DNA from: Candidatus Bathyarchaeota archaeon
Lineage (GTDB): Archaea; Thermoproteota; Bathyarchaeia; Bathyarchaeales; Bathycorpusculaceae
DNA length: 64,000 bases
Direction of reading: 5' to 3'
Assembly (NCBI GenBank): GCA_963782525.1
Contig: CAWAKC010000001.1
Coordinates: forward strand, 64,001 to 128,000
The notes under the pieces were generated by a model. The model was not told where the DNA came from. It saw nothing but the letters and a program-made list of their open reading frames with translations, and made no database searches. The position numbers and the translations under genes are program-made. This document shows, piece after piece, positions 62,790-64,000 of the stretch. The stretch's first letter is position 1. Every line of letters starts with the position of its first letter.

Positions 62790-64000
62790 AGTTTATTCCA
62801 TTTTTTGACGTTAAACTTGCGTTCTCTAGTTCGGGTTACTTATGTACTCCAAAACATTGCAACATTAATGTCCCAGTCCCAACTTTTTGCTAATTCCAGA
62901 GCTTCTTTGGGATTTTGCAATAAAATCGCCGCCGGTTAACAGCCGCAGTACTGATTTGCGAATTCTTTGGAATTTTTCAGTGGGACTACCATCATTCCTT
63001 TTGGATACGCGACCCTTAAAGCAGGAATATCAAACCTTACTGTCGGCAAACACAAGCCATCGCCTCGGCCGCAGTCATCCCAGAATTATCGTAAATTATG
63101 TGTGAAGAAAAACTTTGCTTTTAAGAATTTTATATTTTTCGACGCCATCCACATATCCAAGACAATCGATATTTGGTTAGATTTTTGCTCTTTTAGCTAT
63201 TTCCTGGCTTATTTTTTCTTCAAAATCTTTTGATCCATTACCTATTAGGGCTAACTCCCCGTCAGGCTTTGAACTTTACAAACGTTCTCCCAAATCTCAA
63301 TAAATAATTAACGCCTTTCATCGGGTGGATGCGCCCAACAAAGCAACCATCATACTATGCTTTTTTGCTCAGGCACTTGTTTGATTTCTTCTGACCTCAG
63401 CCACCAAAAGATTGCCTTTAGCCTATCTTCGGGGAAACCTTGATTAGTAAAATATTTCTTATCCGCATCGTTAGTAACAAATATCAAATCAGAAAAGGTT
63501 ATCGACCGATAGTGGATGGCTTCTCAACAAAATAGTTTGCGAGCGTTTTGAAATCGGGTAAAGTTTTAGACTTATTCCGTATGCGTATTCAAACCCTTTA
63601 AACGGACTTGGAATAGGTACATAATAGCTGCTTTACCCAGAGCTAGCCAATTCTTTTCGACAAACGCAGCGGGTATAACATCGGGCCAAAAATTTGTAGC
63701 TGAATAGATTAAAGTTTTCTTCTGGGAAGTGTCTTCCCTTCACCTCCCTAGATGCATAAAAAGTCTGAAAGTGACTTGACACAGGGGTCTACCAAATTTT
63801 TCAATTCTCGAACAGGAGATTATGGAGAATTCAACATTGTTAACATTCTAATTTTGGCAGGTAATGTAACCGCTTTCTGAAGTAATAATGTGGATGTCGA
63901 CTGCTCTGGGCTGCCCATCTTCGGGCTGAATTCAAGAAGGATTTTTGTATCGCCGCCCATTGTGCCCGGAGGACTAATCGACATAGCGAAAACATAAAGA
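62790..64000 (-). CDS. Glycosyltransferase family 4, fragmented, 5' end probably beyond window
   Basis: GRIHPMK-like motif; DNSGMTAAEAMAC..PTVRFDIPAL across frames. Confidence 0.62.

Overview
Archaeal genomic window, most likely Bathyarchaeia/TACK; this is inferred from the 16S sequence style and gene content, not from a database search. (1) 1-18.7 kb is a co-oriented tandem array of about 21 surface-protein genes. Most follow one plan: signal peptide ending A-N-P/F, one or two Ig-like beta-sandwich domains with very divergent loops, a P/T/S stalk, a TM helix and a basic tail. The gene junctions and two intergenic repeat families are far more conserved than the gene cores, and signal peptides, cores and tails are combined in mosaic fashion. 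One junction occurs both empty and filled with an inverted 410-bp gene cassette. This is the best candidate for an undescribed cassette-shuffling surface-diversification system. (2) 18.7-22.1 kb is a plasmid/virus-type replication module (Prim-Pol + PriL-CTD-like + D5/SF3 helicase, AbrB-like gene and a relic of it), with no integrase in view. (3) 24-29.5 kb holds DedA/VTT and PUA genes and a two-component cluster. (4) 30.0-31.5 kb is a stand-alone 16S rRNA gene, followed by yhbY and rnp4. (5) 33-64 kb is a large surface-glycosylation locus (rfbABCD, flippase, GT2/GT-C/GT4 enzymes, ugd, galU, uxs). Frame breaks become dense after about 52 kb, probably from sequence error.
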